Shown here one piece after another: positions 27,541-40,523 of a DNA stretch of 64,000 bases; within the stretch, counting starts at the first letter, position 1, and each line of letters begins with the position of its first letter. The notes under the pieces were generated by a model. The model worked only from the letters and a program-made list of their open reading frames with translations. It had not been told where the DNA came from and did no database searches. This stretch comes from Octopus vulgaris (lineage: Eukaryota), in contig OX597815.1 of assembly GCA_951406725.2 (NCBI GenBank), forward strand, positions 48,112,001-48,176,000, read 5' to 3'. The position numbers and the translations under genes are program-made.

Positions 27541-28399
27541 TACATATACATGTACACATATGTGTGTATATATATATATATACACTTATGTATGTATATA
27601 CATACATGTATGTATAGATACACATACACAATACACATATGTATAGATATCTATTCATATGTGTACACTGTGCTTTGTATACTTATGCACATACGTACTC
27701 ACTCCTTCAGACACATATGTTAGAACATGTGCAATGAGAGTGTTTGAGGTTGTGTGCATGTGTGTGTGCACAATAGAGAGAGAATATGAGTCCATGAGAA
27801 ATGCTAGTATACAAAAATCTATATCTATTTGTGCAAGAGATGAAGTACATACACAAAAATGTATGTATATACGTAACAATTTCAGATATACACATTCACT
27901 TACATATAAAACCAGTGGAAACACATCTACATAGTCCACTATATATAAAAAAAAACAACAACAAAAAAGCATCATATACATTTGTAAAGTAAACTAGTCA
28001 TATACAAACATATGCAAATATACACAAACACACACGCAAAATTAGCAAATGCACATAAGCACATATAAAATAAATACATATATGTACAGATGTTTTCAAA
28101 CTAGATACAATAAACCATACTGTTTTAAATGGATTATCAATACACAAACAAACTACAGATGCGAGAATTTGTGAAGAAACTATAAAGTTATATACATGAG
28201 TGCATGCATGTGTGCGTGTATGTGTTTGTGTGTGGTGTGTGTGTGTATACAAATGAAATGTACACGGACTCACACATCTATACATATGACTAAATATATA
28301 GAATATATATGTACATGTAAATAAGCATAAACATGCTTATACATATGTGCATGAATGTGTAATTATACACACACACACATACGTATAAAATACACACAT

Positions 28400-28448
<49 letters not shown>

Positions 28449-28500
28449 TTTATGTACAAGTATATAGAAAAACCCATACACAGTACAAACACAGACAGGA
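27310..28500. repeat. Extended compound (TA)/(TG)/(CA) microsatellite region
   Basis: Alternating purine-pyrimidine repeats seen directly; similar tracts at 5300-5520, 9630-9800, 16140-16370, 17080-17590, 38260-38560. Confidence 0.9.
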
Positions 28501-29344
28501 GTATCTGTCAACAAACCTCAGAGTTTTAAATAGATTATCAATACAAATACATCTTAAATAAATATTTATTGATTAAATCTGAAATAATCATCTCTCAGTG
28601 GTGTACATTATTATATCAACTGCCTTCTTTGGCTGGCTAGCTTCTTCTCTTCTTCCAATCTATAATACTGCTTCATTTTAAATTAGACAGAGTAAGCATC
28701 ACTTCCACCTCTGAGCATGTCCTAAACTGGTCTGCTTTCTAGCACACGCGTGGTTACATATACACATGTGTACATTTGCTATTGTGGTTACGGGGAAAGT
28801 GTTGCTATACTGAACCATTAACCACATGTGCAGTAACATGTGTGTGTATGGTGATAACATGTGCAAAGCTAAAATAGGAGCTGGGCCACATTTGATTACA
28901 AAACTACGAGTCAGTCTACTTTTCTATATTTTCTGTTTTATTTTCTAATTTATCATTTATCTTTCTTTTACTTGAATCAGTCATTAGACTCTTGCCTTGC
29001 TGGGGCACCACCTTGAAACTACCCAAGTATACATTTATTTATTTTTTTAAAGCCTGGTACTTATCCTGTCAGTCACTTTTGCCGAACTGCTAAGTTATGG
29101 GGACATAAACACACCAACACCAGCTGTCAAGCAGTGGTAGAAGACAAACACAAACACCCACACACATATATCATCATCATCATTTAATGTCCATTTTCCA
29201 TGCTGGCATGGATTGGATGGATAGACAGAAGCTGGCCAGCTGAAGACAAGGTTTCTATGGCCAGATGTCCTTCCTAACTCCAGCCACTTTACAGAATGTA
29301 CTGGGTGCTTTGACACAGCACTGGTATGGGTGCTTTTTACATAC

Positions 29345-29497
29345 TTTCAGTTTCCATCTACCAAATCCACTCCCAAGGCTTTGGTCGACCTGAGGCTATA
29401 GTAGAAGACACTTGCCCAAGGTGCCACGCAGTGGGACTGAACTTGGAACCATATAGTTCGTAAACAAGCTACTTACCACACAGCGACCCCTACGCCT
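29345..29497 (-). mobile_element. SINE family A 5' half; 3' half at 28960-29165 is split off by an RTE-tail insertion
   Basis: Reverse-complement match to the family A head; 29170-29340 matches the (GAT)n-tailed RTE 3' UTR. Confidence 0.8.
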
Positions 29498-30839
29498 ATA
29501 AAAATGTAAGGTTAACAGAAAAGTTTTAGACAATTTGTTCATGTCTGTTGTTTGCACAAAAGTTCGGGCATAAGGTGCACGACTAATGATTTTATCAGAG
29601 AGAGTACAAACTTTACTAACAACCATTGGCTGCTGTTTCCTCCTCACTCCCCGCCCCCATCCTGTATCATCCTGTCTGTGAATCTGAATGTTTGGTTCTT
29701 AACTGAGACTGCGGAAATCAAAACTATTTTCCTGGAAAAAAAATGTCAAAGATATCTGTATGAAGGGTGACGGTTTTGTAAAGAAGTGCGAAGTTACCTA
29801 AGAGGAAAGAGACACCAGAACTCGGTGAAGAGCAAGACTGAGGAAGATGTTGGAAGAAGTTTGTTTTAGTCATTGGACTGCAGCCATGCTGGAGCACTGC
29901 TTTGAACGATTTAGTCAAATAAATCAACACCAGTACTTATCTTAAGTTTGGCACTTGTTCTGTCACTCTCTTTTGCTGAACTGCTAAGTTACAGATGTAA
30001 ACAAAACAACACTGGTTGCCAAGTGGTGGTGGGCACATATACACACACATACACACACGTGCAATGGGCTTCCACACACACTTTCTGTCTATCATATTCA
30101 TTCACAAGGCATTGATGAAACTGAGACTATAGTAGAAAAAAAAAACATGTCCAAGGTGCCACATGTGCAGTGGAATTGAACCTGAAACCATGTGATTACA
30201 AAGTGATCTTCTTAACCACACCCATGCCTGTGCTCAATCACTAGACTTCAACCAAATTACAATGACACCTTCAAAGGTTCATTAATAAATAAAATTGTCT
30301 TTCACTGATAATTTATGAACTTCAAAAGAGGAAGTAAGTCAAAGAGATCTCAAATTCTGTTCACAAATTGGTTACTGGCTACCACAGCAGTACCTAGTCA
30401 TATATCTGCTTTAGTTCATTCTTTTACATTAGTCACAGTTGGGGTTTTTTTTTGCTGAGTGATGAAGGAAGACACTGATTGGCCAGAAATCTCTTACCAT
30501 GCAAAGGTAAAAAATGCATGATCTCTAATGAGTCTCAAGAATACTGGAATTAGTTGGTGGTGTTAATCAAGGTGATGAATCAAATCCACTGACTAAGTAG
30601 GCTATGATGGCAATTGAACACAGAACAACAAAAAGCTGCAACAAATACTGCAAGACACACCATCTGATGCTCTAACAATTTCACTGGTCCATTGCTCTAG
30701 ATTAATATTTTACTTATTGACCATGGAATGACAAAAAGTAAAAGTTAACGCCAGCAGACATTCAACTCAGGTCACACGGAACTGGAATATTACTGCAAGA
30801 CATTTTAACCAACACTTTGTATCTCTCTCTTTCTCTCAT

Positions 30840-31140
30840 TAGAAAGGGTAAAGATCCCTTTCGATTGCACCTAGAAAGTTACCCTCTGAGACAAAAGTCT
30901 GGGCAAGGTTGTTTATGGAAGACTAGCAGTTGTCCATGCATACCAGCTTCTCCTCTCCACACTAACAATGTTATCCAAGGGAAAGGCAAAGGCTAATACA
31001 GCTTGGAACCAGTGACATTGCAACTTATTTCTAAAGGTGAGTGAACTGGATCAATGTGAAATAAAGTGTTTTGTTCAAGAACACAACACACGGCCTGGTC
31101 CAGGAATCGAACTCACTCCCTCATGATTGTAAATCTGACG
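30840..31140 (-). mobile_element. SINE family C
   Basis: Homologous to 9300-9630. Confidence 0.8.
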
Positions 31141-31349
31141 CTCTATATATATATATATATAACTATATATATAACTATATATATATATATATATATATAT
31201 CACATACATATATAAGAGGGATGACCACTCTTATATGTATGTAATATAATTTTTCTGAATCTTCAGATTTTTCTGTATGCTTGACCACTGGTTTTAAATT
31301 GATATTAATCAAATTAATATTCAATTTTTTCACCCTTATTATTTTATTA

Positions 31350-31720
31350 TTTAGATATAAAGTTAGACTTAGATAAACTTAGATATGTTTTGACCAAAGA
31401 TTGGTCCAGGCCATGTCTAACCTGATAGGATTATCTAAATCCTGTTTAAGTCAAGTTTTGTTTATGGTCCATTCAAGTAGTGAGTTCTTGTTGAGTGAGT
31501 TGTATCCAGGTATGGGTGGCTTATCTGGTATTCCTTGAAGAAATCTGTCGAGACTCCATTTAAAGTTGATGGGATCCTTTTCCTCTTTGATCTTTTTAGG
31601 GACAATGTTAAACAGGGCAGGGCCTGTTGAGGAAAAGAAATTATGTTGCAGTTTACCTATATGCTGTGATCCTGAATTGGGCAGGGGATATATGGCCCGT
31701 GGTCCCAGCCTTGGACGAAC
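31350..31720 (-). mobile_element. CR1-group LINE, 3' end of ORF2 plus 3' UTR
   Basis: NFFSSTGPALFNIVPKKIKE...FKWSLDRFLQGIPDKPPIPGY..NKNSL fits the CR1-type ORF2 C-terminal pattern (GPxLFNxLP, FKxxLDxFL, IPDxP). Confidence 0.8.
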
Positions 31721-32114
31721 ATATATATATATATATATATGATTGATAGATAGATAAATAAAGATAGATATGGCCAATAGGTTTAGGGTCAGAAAAAACG
31801 CTGTAAAGTTAAATGCTTTATGGATATGAAACCCAGGGTAACCCTACAGACCGACCATATCTTTCTTTATCTATATACTCTGCTGCTCTATAACTTAAAG
31901 TGTGCTTCTGTTTCAGACTTATAATTTACTGACAATGTGTGTGTGTTTGTTTTTATGTCCTTCTGTATGAAAACAATTTAACATTAAACTGAAACATTGC
32001 TCAACACTTTTAGTACAATACATGTTTATTAAGCTTTTGCTTGTAAAAGTTCAATACACACACATATATGAATATATATATCTAAATAGCTATATATATA
32101 TATATATATATATA

Positions 32115-32311
32115 TATTCATTTATTTGTTTCAGTCATTTGACTTCAGCCATGCTGGAGCACTGCCTTGAAGGATTTTTAGTTGAACAAATTGATCCTAG
32201 GATTTTTTTTATTGGTCTTTTTTGCTGAACTGCTAAGTTATGGGGACGTAAACACACCAGCACCAGTTGTCAAGTGGTGATGGGGGCAAACACAAGCACA
32301 CATAGATACAT

Positions 32312-32382
<71 letters not shown>

Positions 32383-32512
32383 GGTTCTTTCAGTTTCTGT
32401 CTACCAAATCCACTCACAAGGCTTTGGTCAGCCCAAGGCTATAGTAGAAGACATTTGCTCAAGGTGCCATGCAGTGAGACTGAACCCGGAACCATGTGGT
32501 TTGGAAGCAAGA
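32115..32512 (-). mobile_element. SINE family A
   Basis: Reverse-complement match, expanded internal (TA)n. Confidence 0.88.
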
Positions 32513-33584
32513 TGTTTTGATTCCATTTGAAAGATTAGTTTAATATGAAATACTCTAACACTTGAACTCATGAGCTTGGTAATTGTATATTACCCCTTTG
32601 AATATTTGGAGGGAAGGAACTGAATACATGCTTATAGCAAATGTCACATTTTATAGCATAAAAGAAAAGAAAAAAATTATTCAGTGAAATGTAGCTTATA
32701 TTTCATGTAAATTACAAAAAATATAAAAAAATAAAATGCTGCTTTTTAATTTAATGGGTTCTTATTTTTACAATTATTTATTTTTGTTAATGTATTTTAT
32801 AAATTTTCTTTTATTTAATTATCATCATTTTTTATTTTTTTTACTGCAACACAGTTGGAGACATGTGGTTGCAATACTTGAAAATCAAAAAGCAAAAACA
32901 GAAAAAAAGGTAATTCAAAATGAAAATAAATTGAAGAAATTTTAGATGATATTAGCTTCATGTTGCTCCTTAATATCAATGAAAGAGACTAGTTACTGAC
33001 AACTTAATAGAATTTAGCACCCAAGAAGAGACAATTTCAAACTGTAAGGACACTTTAGAAGTTTCATCAAGATGTAAGGATGCAGATGCTGTTTGAAAAC
33101 AACAAACAAAAAGCAGAAAGGAAACAAACAAAACTTGAAAATGACTGAAGTAGCTAGATGTCTATATTACATAAAGTTTAATAAAGCAATGCAATTAACA
33201 GACACTTGGAACTCTCAATAAAATACACATAAAGGCACCCTCACACACACACATCCAAAAGAAAAAAGGAAAGAAAAGAAACAAACTGCATTAAATTTAG
33301 TTCTGTCATATACAGTTTTAAAATGTCTTTTGCTATCTATAAAATATTACTTTCCCACGATGTAGGCGTATAAGAAGCTATAAGACCACCCCACTAATCA
33401 AAATAATAGTAATAATAATAACAATAATAAAAATGATAATAAAAATTTAAAAACATGATATTCCATTAAAGAAGCAAACTAAAAGATATTGAAGTATCAA
33501 AGACAGAATTCTTAATTAAGTGTATTTGCCATAGTTCATTTTCTTGAAAGGAAGTGTGTTACAGTCTGTTGAGTTGACCTGGTG

Positions 33585-33640
33585 TCAATCTTCTGACTTG
33601 AAGATGGTTCGTGTCTGAATGTCAATGTTGCGTTGTGTCT
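33585..33640 (-). CDS. Candidate terminal coding exon (TQRNIDIQTRTIFKSED* in phase 1)
   Basis: Branch-like TACTAAT, pyrimidine tract and ctag acceptor; followed by ~1 kb of repeat-free AU-rich 3'-UTR-like sequence; another open frame also exists. Confidence 0.35.
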
Positions 33641-36029
33641 CTAGCATAGAAATGAAGAGAGTTACATTAGTACCGTTTAACTGGAGAATGTGAAAAAAAA
33701 AACAAAAAAACCTCCAGTGATCCAGCTTTGGGCAGGGATGGGTTTAAAAAGCTGGACAACAAGTCTTTGTAGAAGCACTTCTTCACCTCATCGCCAGCTT
33801 CTTCTCATTTAACATTTGCACCCCATGTTAGCATGGGTTAGATGGTTTGAAAGGAACCAGTGGGTCTAAGAATCACATTGTGCTCCAGTTTCTGCTTTGG
33901 CTTGGTTCATATAATAGGCTTCTTTCAGTTGGCTGGATGCCCTTCTTAACACCAACCACCTAAGTGTATACTGGGTACTTTTTTTTTGTGCCACCAGCAC
34001 CAGCATTAGTGAGGTCACCATGAGCTTACTTTTTATTTTTTTAATGTTATCTTCACTACTTAGTCAAGAAGGGAAGAGTAGTACTCATGTGCTTCTTCAG
34101 AACCTCTGGTACTGGGGGTAAATTAGAGATGTGGCTCAAATTCTTACAACAGCAGAACTTTGCAGAAAATACCCTGAGCAATGAATTTTGTCTGGCATTG
34201 AAAAATTTAGAATGCAAAATGCCACAACTGATACTGCATTGCATTTTATCCAACACTTTCACAATTCCACCAACCTGCTGTCCTGGAACTTGTACTTTAA
34301 TTTACTAATTGTGAAAGTACAAAAGGTGAAACTGACTTTGGAAGAATTTGAACTCAGAGTGCAGACAGCTGGAATAAACATGGCAAACCATTTTGCCCAA
34401 TGTTCTAATAACCCTGTTAAGCCTGCTAGAAATGGTAAGGAAATCTCACTTAAAACTCATTATGCTATTATATGGAAAGAAAGATATGCAGATAATGTAG
34501 TCCAAGATAGGATGTGATGGTCATGGTACCTGATTTTGAAGCACATAAATAAACAGAATTATTTCATTTTCTCTTAAGAGTTTATAATTTCTTATGATGC
34601 TAAGTCTTTCTCTCTCTTTCCACAAACACACACACGTTTGATGCAGTATAAATACTCTCTAAACTGGAACCAAAATGAGAGGACCGATACAGGTTTTTTT
34701 TTTTTTACATGTGTTCATCAATAAAGAACATGTCTGAAACAGATGTACAGAACCTTAGCCCATCTGTGTTATTATTTATACTTTACCACACCCGAAACCT
34801 TCCCTGTGTTAGATCTTGAACCTGTAGTGGACGATGGAATATGTGCTGGAGTATAATCTAGAGTGACTTTATGTATATGTTGTGTATTTGCTCAATATAT
34901 GCATAACTGGAAGGACAAATCCATATTTACTTTAGTCAGTACATGAGTGTCTGTACCCACTGTCAGTGCACAAGTACACTATCCCTGACTCCTTCTTGGT
35001 GCGTTTGTTATTTAAATACCTTGATTCCATCGGATCCTGAAAATTTTATTAAGTATGTGTTTGTATATCCAAGCGTATATACTTATACATGTAGGAATTA
35101 CATGAACTCTAATACAGTTGCCACCTGGTCTTACATGCCAAAGAGAGCAATTAGCATCCACTGTACTATCAATATCACTTCACAGGATTTGTCAACCTCT
35201 GCAGGCATTTCCTTTACATTTCATGTATTCTAAGCTTGTTCGTAGGAAATACCATCATAAGTGATCTATCTTTGCAGACTTCCTTTGACATTTATTGCTA
35301 TATTCTCACTACTTACCAAAACTTCAAAATAAATAAATAAATAAAATAAACAAAACAAAAAAACCAAAAGAAGAAAATGTAAAAAAGGTAAGAATATCAG
35401 ATATCACATAAATATCATACTTTTCTTCTTCTATAAAACCCCCAGACTGCATATCTATGAAAATTATCACCATTATTTGTATTATGATCATCATGTTTTT
35501 AACAGACCCATAAAGGTTTCTACTGCTCTACCAGATGCACTTCAATATTTCTGAGATGTATGCAGCATTGTCTTTTTGCAAGACAAAGAATTGTGCTTGC
35601 ATGCTATATCAGCTTTGCTTTATTACAGAATTTATCATAGTTCTTAAATCATTTAAACTTTTTTTTGTACTATATTCTCAAGTGAATTGTGTTATATTGT
35701 TGGGTAGTAATTATGTTTCATATGTGTTGTGTTTTTGTTGTTAGGCCAGTGAAAAGCAGAAATGGTAATTGATATCTTTTTCCTTTTTCATCTTTTTACT
35801 TGTTTCAGTCATTATACTGTGGTCATGCTGGGGTACCACCTTGAAGTATTTTTAGTTAAATGAATCAGTCCAGTACTAATTTTTGTTAAGCCTGGTATTT
35901 ATTCAATCGGTCTCTTTTGTCAAAGTGCTAAGTGGTGAGGAGATAAACACACTAACACTAGTTGTCAAGCAGTGACAGGGAACAAACACAGACACAAAGA
36001 TAGATACATGCACACACACACACACACAT

Positions 36030-36080
<51 letters not shown>

Positions 36081-36158
36081 GATATATATATTTGAAATTT
36101 ACAGAAAAACAAAACGTGATGACAGGTGTATAAACAACAAACAGGTGTATTAGTTTAA

Positions 36159-36379
36159 CCCTTTCGTTACTGTATTTTTTTTATAGATACTCTGTGTTTC
36201 TTTCAATTACTTCAAATATAACAAAGAATTTAGTAAAATAACTTAGTTATCATTCAGCTAGTGTTAGGAACATAAATTGTGACTAAGGTTTGGTGGAAGA
36301 TTTTAATTCAAAACTTATGGAAACAAGACATTTGTACTCAGAACCAGAGCCGGTTTCAGCCGGGTTGGTAATGTAAGGG
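36159..36379. mobile_element. piggyBac-type MITE
   Basis: TTAA on both sides (36155-36158, 36380-36383); imperfect TIR ccctttcgttac / gtaatgtaaggg. Confidence 0.85.
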
Positions 36380-36404
36380 TTAATGCTTGGGAAGGTGAGA
36401 AAGT

Positions 36405-36440
36405 CTTTTAAGTTTCGAGCTTATGCTCTTCAATAGAAAG
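36405..36440 (-). ncRNA. Degenerate minimal hammerhead-ribozyme motif (Penelope-type)
   Basis: CTTT CTATTGA A GAGC ATAA GCTC GAAA CT TA AAAG: stems I and II pair perfectly; core differs from CUGANGA. Confidence 0.55.
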
Positions 36441-36991
36441 GAACATGAGGAAATAAACAGAGAGAGAATAAAAAAATATACATATGACGGACATCTTTCA
36501 GTTTCCATCAACCAAATCCACTTAGAAGGCTTTGGTCAGCTCAAGGATATGGCAGGAGACACCTGAACAAGGTGTCACACACAATGGGACTGAATCCAGA
36601 ACCATGTAGGTGGAAAGCAAACTTCTTCAACCACATCTGTTCCTAACAGTTAAACCATCTTTTAGTATTTTCAATTCTTTACCTTCCAAGTTCAAAATCA
36701 TCAACTTTGCCTTTCATCCATCCTGGGGTTGATAAAATAAGTACCAGTTAAATACTAGAGTTGATTGAATTGACTAAACCTATTCTCGACACAGAAATGT
36801 GCAGTCTTATACCCATGTTAGCAATCACTATTATTACAGCTGAATGTCAGTAATAGTTGCAAATGTCAAAGAGGTATGACAATTCTACACAGTCATGTAT
36901 ACAATAAATTTAGGCCTGACTTATATTGTCAGAGAAATATTTCTTATATAAAAGTTCCCCATGAATTTCTATGGTTATCAATAGATTTTAA

Positions 36992-37215
36992 CCCTTTAGC
37001 ATTCATTCAGATTATTCTGTTGAATGTAATGGTTATTTATTCACAAGGTTTTGAATTCGTCAAACATTATCTTACAGCTTTAAAAGTTTGATGATGTGAT
37101 TGTTAAGCTTAACAATGACATTGTTGGGTAGGTGTGAGAGGTCAGATCTGGCCAGTCTGAACATAAAGTTGGTAAAATATTTGGGCCAGATATGGCCTGT
37201 TTAAATGCTAAAGGT
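36992..37215. mobile_element. piggyBac-type MITE, second family (ccctttagcatt termini)
   Basis: ttaa-ccctttagcatt ... aatgctaaagg; other copies at 45250-45469, 46240-46460, 63241-63680. Confidence 0.75.
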
Positions 37216-38057
37216 TTTCAGAACTTCTGATCTAATAAATTAAATGTATAGGTGTAAGTGTGGCTGTGTGGTAAGCAGTGTGCTTTGTGTCTTCTACTAT
37301 AAACCCAGGTTAACCAAAGCCTTGTGAATGGATTTGGTAGCTGAAAACTAAAGGAAGTATGTCATGTGTGAATGTGTATATCTATGTATATGTATGAGTG
37401 TGGCTGCACATGTGTGTGTGTATGTGTGTGTGAGCATAACCATCTCCTTGTTTTGACATTGTGTTATAGTTGTGAGGGTCACCATCATGCAAGTGATGTC
37501 CTTCATTGCCGGTTTCTCAAGGAAATATGTCTGGCCATAAGGAAATATTACCCTACTTGGAAACAGATGAGAGTTGGTGACAGGAAGGGCATACAGCCAT
37601 GGAAAATCATCATCAACAAATTCTGTCTGACCCATGTGAGTACGGAAAAGGATGTTAAGACAATGATGATGATAATAATGATTTACCATAATAAGGAATT
37701 TTTTTTCCATTTGTTTGTTTATCATGCAGTGATACAAATACTTTTGCTGTTGGAAAAAGCATAACTCATCTCTTCTCTGCTTTTTGGAATGACATTGGTT
37801 TTTCATGTATTTCAGTGTTTCTCAGCTGCCTTTTTGCCTATTGGCCCATTTGTTTCCTACAATAATCAGGTGAACCCTCATAACCATTCAATGCTTTAAA
37901 AAAGTTATTTTCATGATTAAATATTATAAGGAATTATATTAGAAAAGATTATTAAAATTACAGAGTTGTACTTGCATAGCAAGTGACCTGATCTGAGATC
38001 GTGTGCTGAAACAAAAACAATTGCAGCATGGAAGGTGTTTATAAGCCATTAAAGAAA

Positions 38058-38252
38058 CACACAAAAACCGTTAGATTCACTTCAACATTTAAATTTAATT
38101 TGCCAAAATATTTCCGTCACTTTGAGACTGCGACCTGTTCACTGACAAAATTCAGCACGGAATATTCTCAGTAAACAGGACACGGTTGAAAGTGACAAAA
38201 ATATTTTGGCAAATTATATTTAAATGTTGAAGTGTATATAACAGTTTTGTGT
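38058..38252. repeat. Imperfect inverted repeat (~85-bp arms, ~22-nt spacer)
   Basis: cacttcaacatttaaat...gccaaaatatt...gtcacttt...cctgttcactga pairs with tcagtaaacagg...aaagtgac...aatattttggc...atttaaatgttgaagtg. Confidence 0.9.
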
Positions 38253-38325
38253 ATATATAAATATATATGTATATAGATATATATGTACACACACACATAT
38301 ATATATATATAATGTGTGTGTGTAC

Positions 38326-38357
<32 letters not shown>

Positions 38358-38442
38358 ACATATATATCTATATACATATATGTATATATACATATATATA
38401 TATGTGTGTGTGTGTGTACATATATATCTATATACATACATG

Positions 38443-38492
<50 letters not shown>

Positions 38493-38734
38493 CACATATA
38501 TATACATATACATCTATATATATACACACACATATATATACACACACACATATACATATACAAAAAAAGCACTGGGGTCAATTCATTCGACAAAAAATTC
38601 TTCAAGGCAGTGTCTCATATTTTTGTTTGCTCACCCAATTGTATCTATCACTCTATCTTTCTGTGTATTCTTTTATTCTCTTATATGTTTCAGTTGAATG
38701 ACTGTGGTCATGCTGGAGCACCGCCATTGTGATC

Positions 38735-39150
38735 ATCTTTCCACTTTCCACATTTGTCGGAGAGGCTTTTGGTGAAAGATGGAGTTCGATGTTATTGCCC
38801 TCTTTTGAGTTTCTTGCCTAGATATTGGCTCATTTGGGATCTTGGTGAGCCAGAGGTCAAGTTCACGTTTGAAAACGACTACATCCACTCCATGAAGGCT
38901 CCTCAGATGCTTCAGCAGACAATTAAACAGCTGTGGGTCCCTGAAACCCAAGCTATTGCAGTACATCATCCTTGCCCGAGATGAAGTAGTCGGCACAGTG
39001 GGGACAGCACAGTGATGTCCTGTTCGTGGTCTAGTATAGCTCTTTATTCCAAAGTTTGGTACCAATCCTTCAAGTATCTTCCATATATATATATATCACT
39101 GCATACCTCTCCCACCTTCGTTCAAAGGAATAGAGTCAAAGTTCTTTCAA
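38735..39150 (-). mobile_element. CR1-clade LINE ORF2 3' fragment
   Basis: LKEL*LYSFERRWERYAVIYI/WKILEGLVPN...PQLFNCL...FKRELDLWLTKIPNEP, a classic CR1 C-terminal motif series with a stop and frameshift. Confidence 0.88.
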
Positions 39151-39235
39151 TATATATATGTATATATATATATATAATATACACCCACACCCACACACAC
39201 ATATATACATGTATGTATATGTGCATATATATATA

Positions 39236-40473
39236 TCTATTATATAAAAGTCAATGTCTTTATGTGTGTTCATGTGTTACTTATAGACTCAAAAACTATT
39301 GGACCAATCTTAATGAAAGTTGGAACACAAAATGCAAGCTTAGGGAGAAGGGTAATGCCATATGTTTCATATAATTTTGAAGGGGCATAAAGTTGGGCAG
39401 AACACCCCATGAAAATTCATATGCTTTGGATTTTGATGAAATTTAAACCATAGGTATGAGAAATAAATTAAAAAATATAACCAAAATTTCCATTTCTTTG
39501 GATGATTCTAAGATACCCTAATGCAGGCTTAACCCCCAAATTATAGTAATTTTTCATAGACCAAAATTACTGAATGGATCCTTATGACATTTGGAAATTA
39601 GATTCAATGTATAAGGGTGGGTATACTGCAGTATATTTGGCTTGAATTTGATGGGGCTTAAAGGGAGCAGAACCCCACCATGAAAATTCATAAATTTCTG
39701 ATGATGAAATTTCAACTATATGTAATTGATACAAATCAAGAAGTATTCCCAAAGTTTCCACTTCTCATGAGGATTCTAAGACCCCCTAATAGGAGCCTTA
39801 ACTCACAAAGTTTAATCATTTTTTTATGATCCAAAACAAAGTCAAAAGTACTGAAATTATATTCTATGCATAAGGACAGATGTAATGCAGTATATGTTTG
39901 AAAGTGAGAAGGCATAAATGAGGCCATAACCCCCATGAAAATTCATATATTTTTGCTGTTGATGAAATTTTAATCATAGATATCAGACACAAATGAAGTA
40001 ATATTCCTAAAATTTCAATTTCTTGGGAGTTAGTAAGACCCCTTAATGGACGCTTAACCACTACAATTTATTCATTTTCCCTAAGCCAAGACAAATACAA
40101 TTGTAGTCTTGGAAGCTGTAGAGTCACTCGAGGATACAAGACAGGAGTTATTTGTAATGCAATGGTACAACAGTGTAAAAGGTATTTTACAGCTCCATGA
40201 GCTCCATTTTTCAGGAGCAAAAACCTTTAAATAGGTTTTATAAGATTTGGATTTTGGAATCTGGGCATGAAGATGAGTAGTATGGGATAAATATGTTATG
40301 GTTAGAATTTTTGTTAGGGTGTGTAAAGAAGGAAAGAACTCTCATTAAAATTCTTAATCTCCAATTTTGATGAAATTCAAGTCATAGGCATTCCAGTTCA
40401 TTACAGAAAATATAAGAGAAAAGTCTAATTCTTCAATTCCATGTGACATGGGCAATGCCAGGTATCTCTGCTA

Positions 40474-40474
<1 letters not shown>
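39236..40474 (+). mobile_element. Non-autonomous Helitron with an internal ~270-bp tandem repeat
   Basis: 5' TCTATTATATAAAAG, 3' gggcaatgccaggtatctctgCTAG-T; ccatgaaaattcat recurs at ~39407, 39678, 39933; inserted in (TA)n. Confidence 0.8.

Positions 40475-40523
<49 letters not shown>

Noticed and set aside
29552-29870. TGA read-through (selenocysteine) ORF
   Set aside because: No SECIS-like structure seen and no selenoprotein similarity
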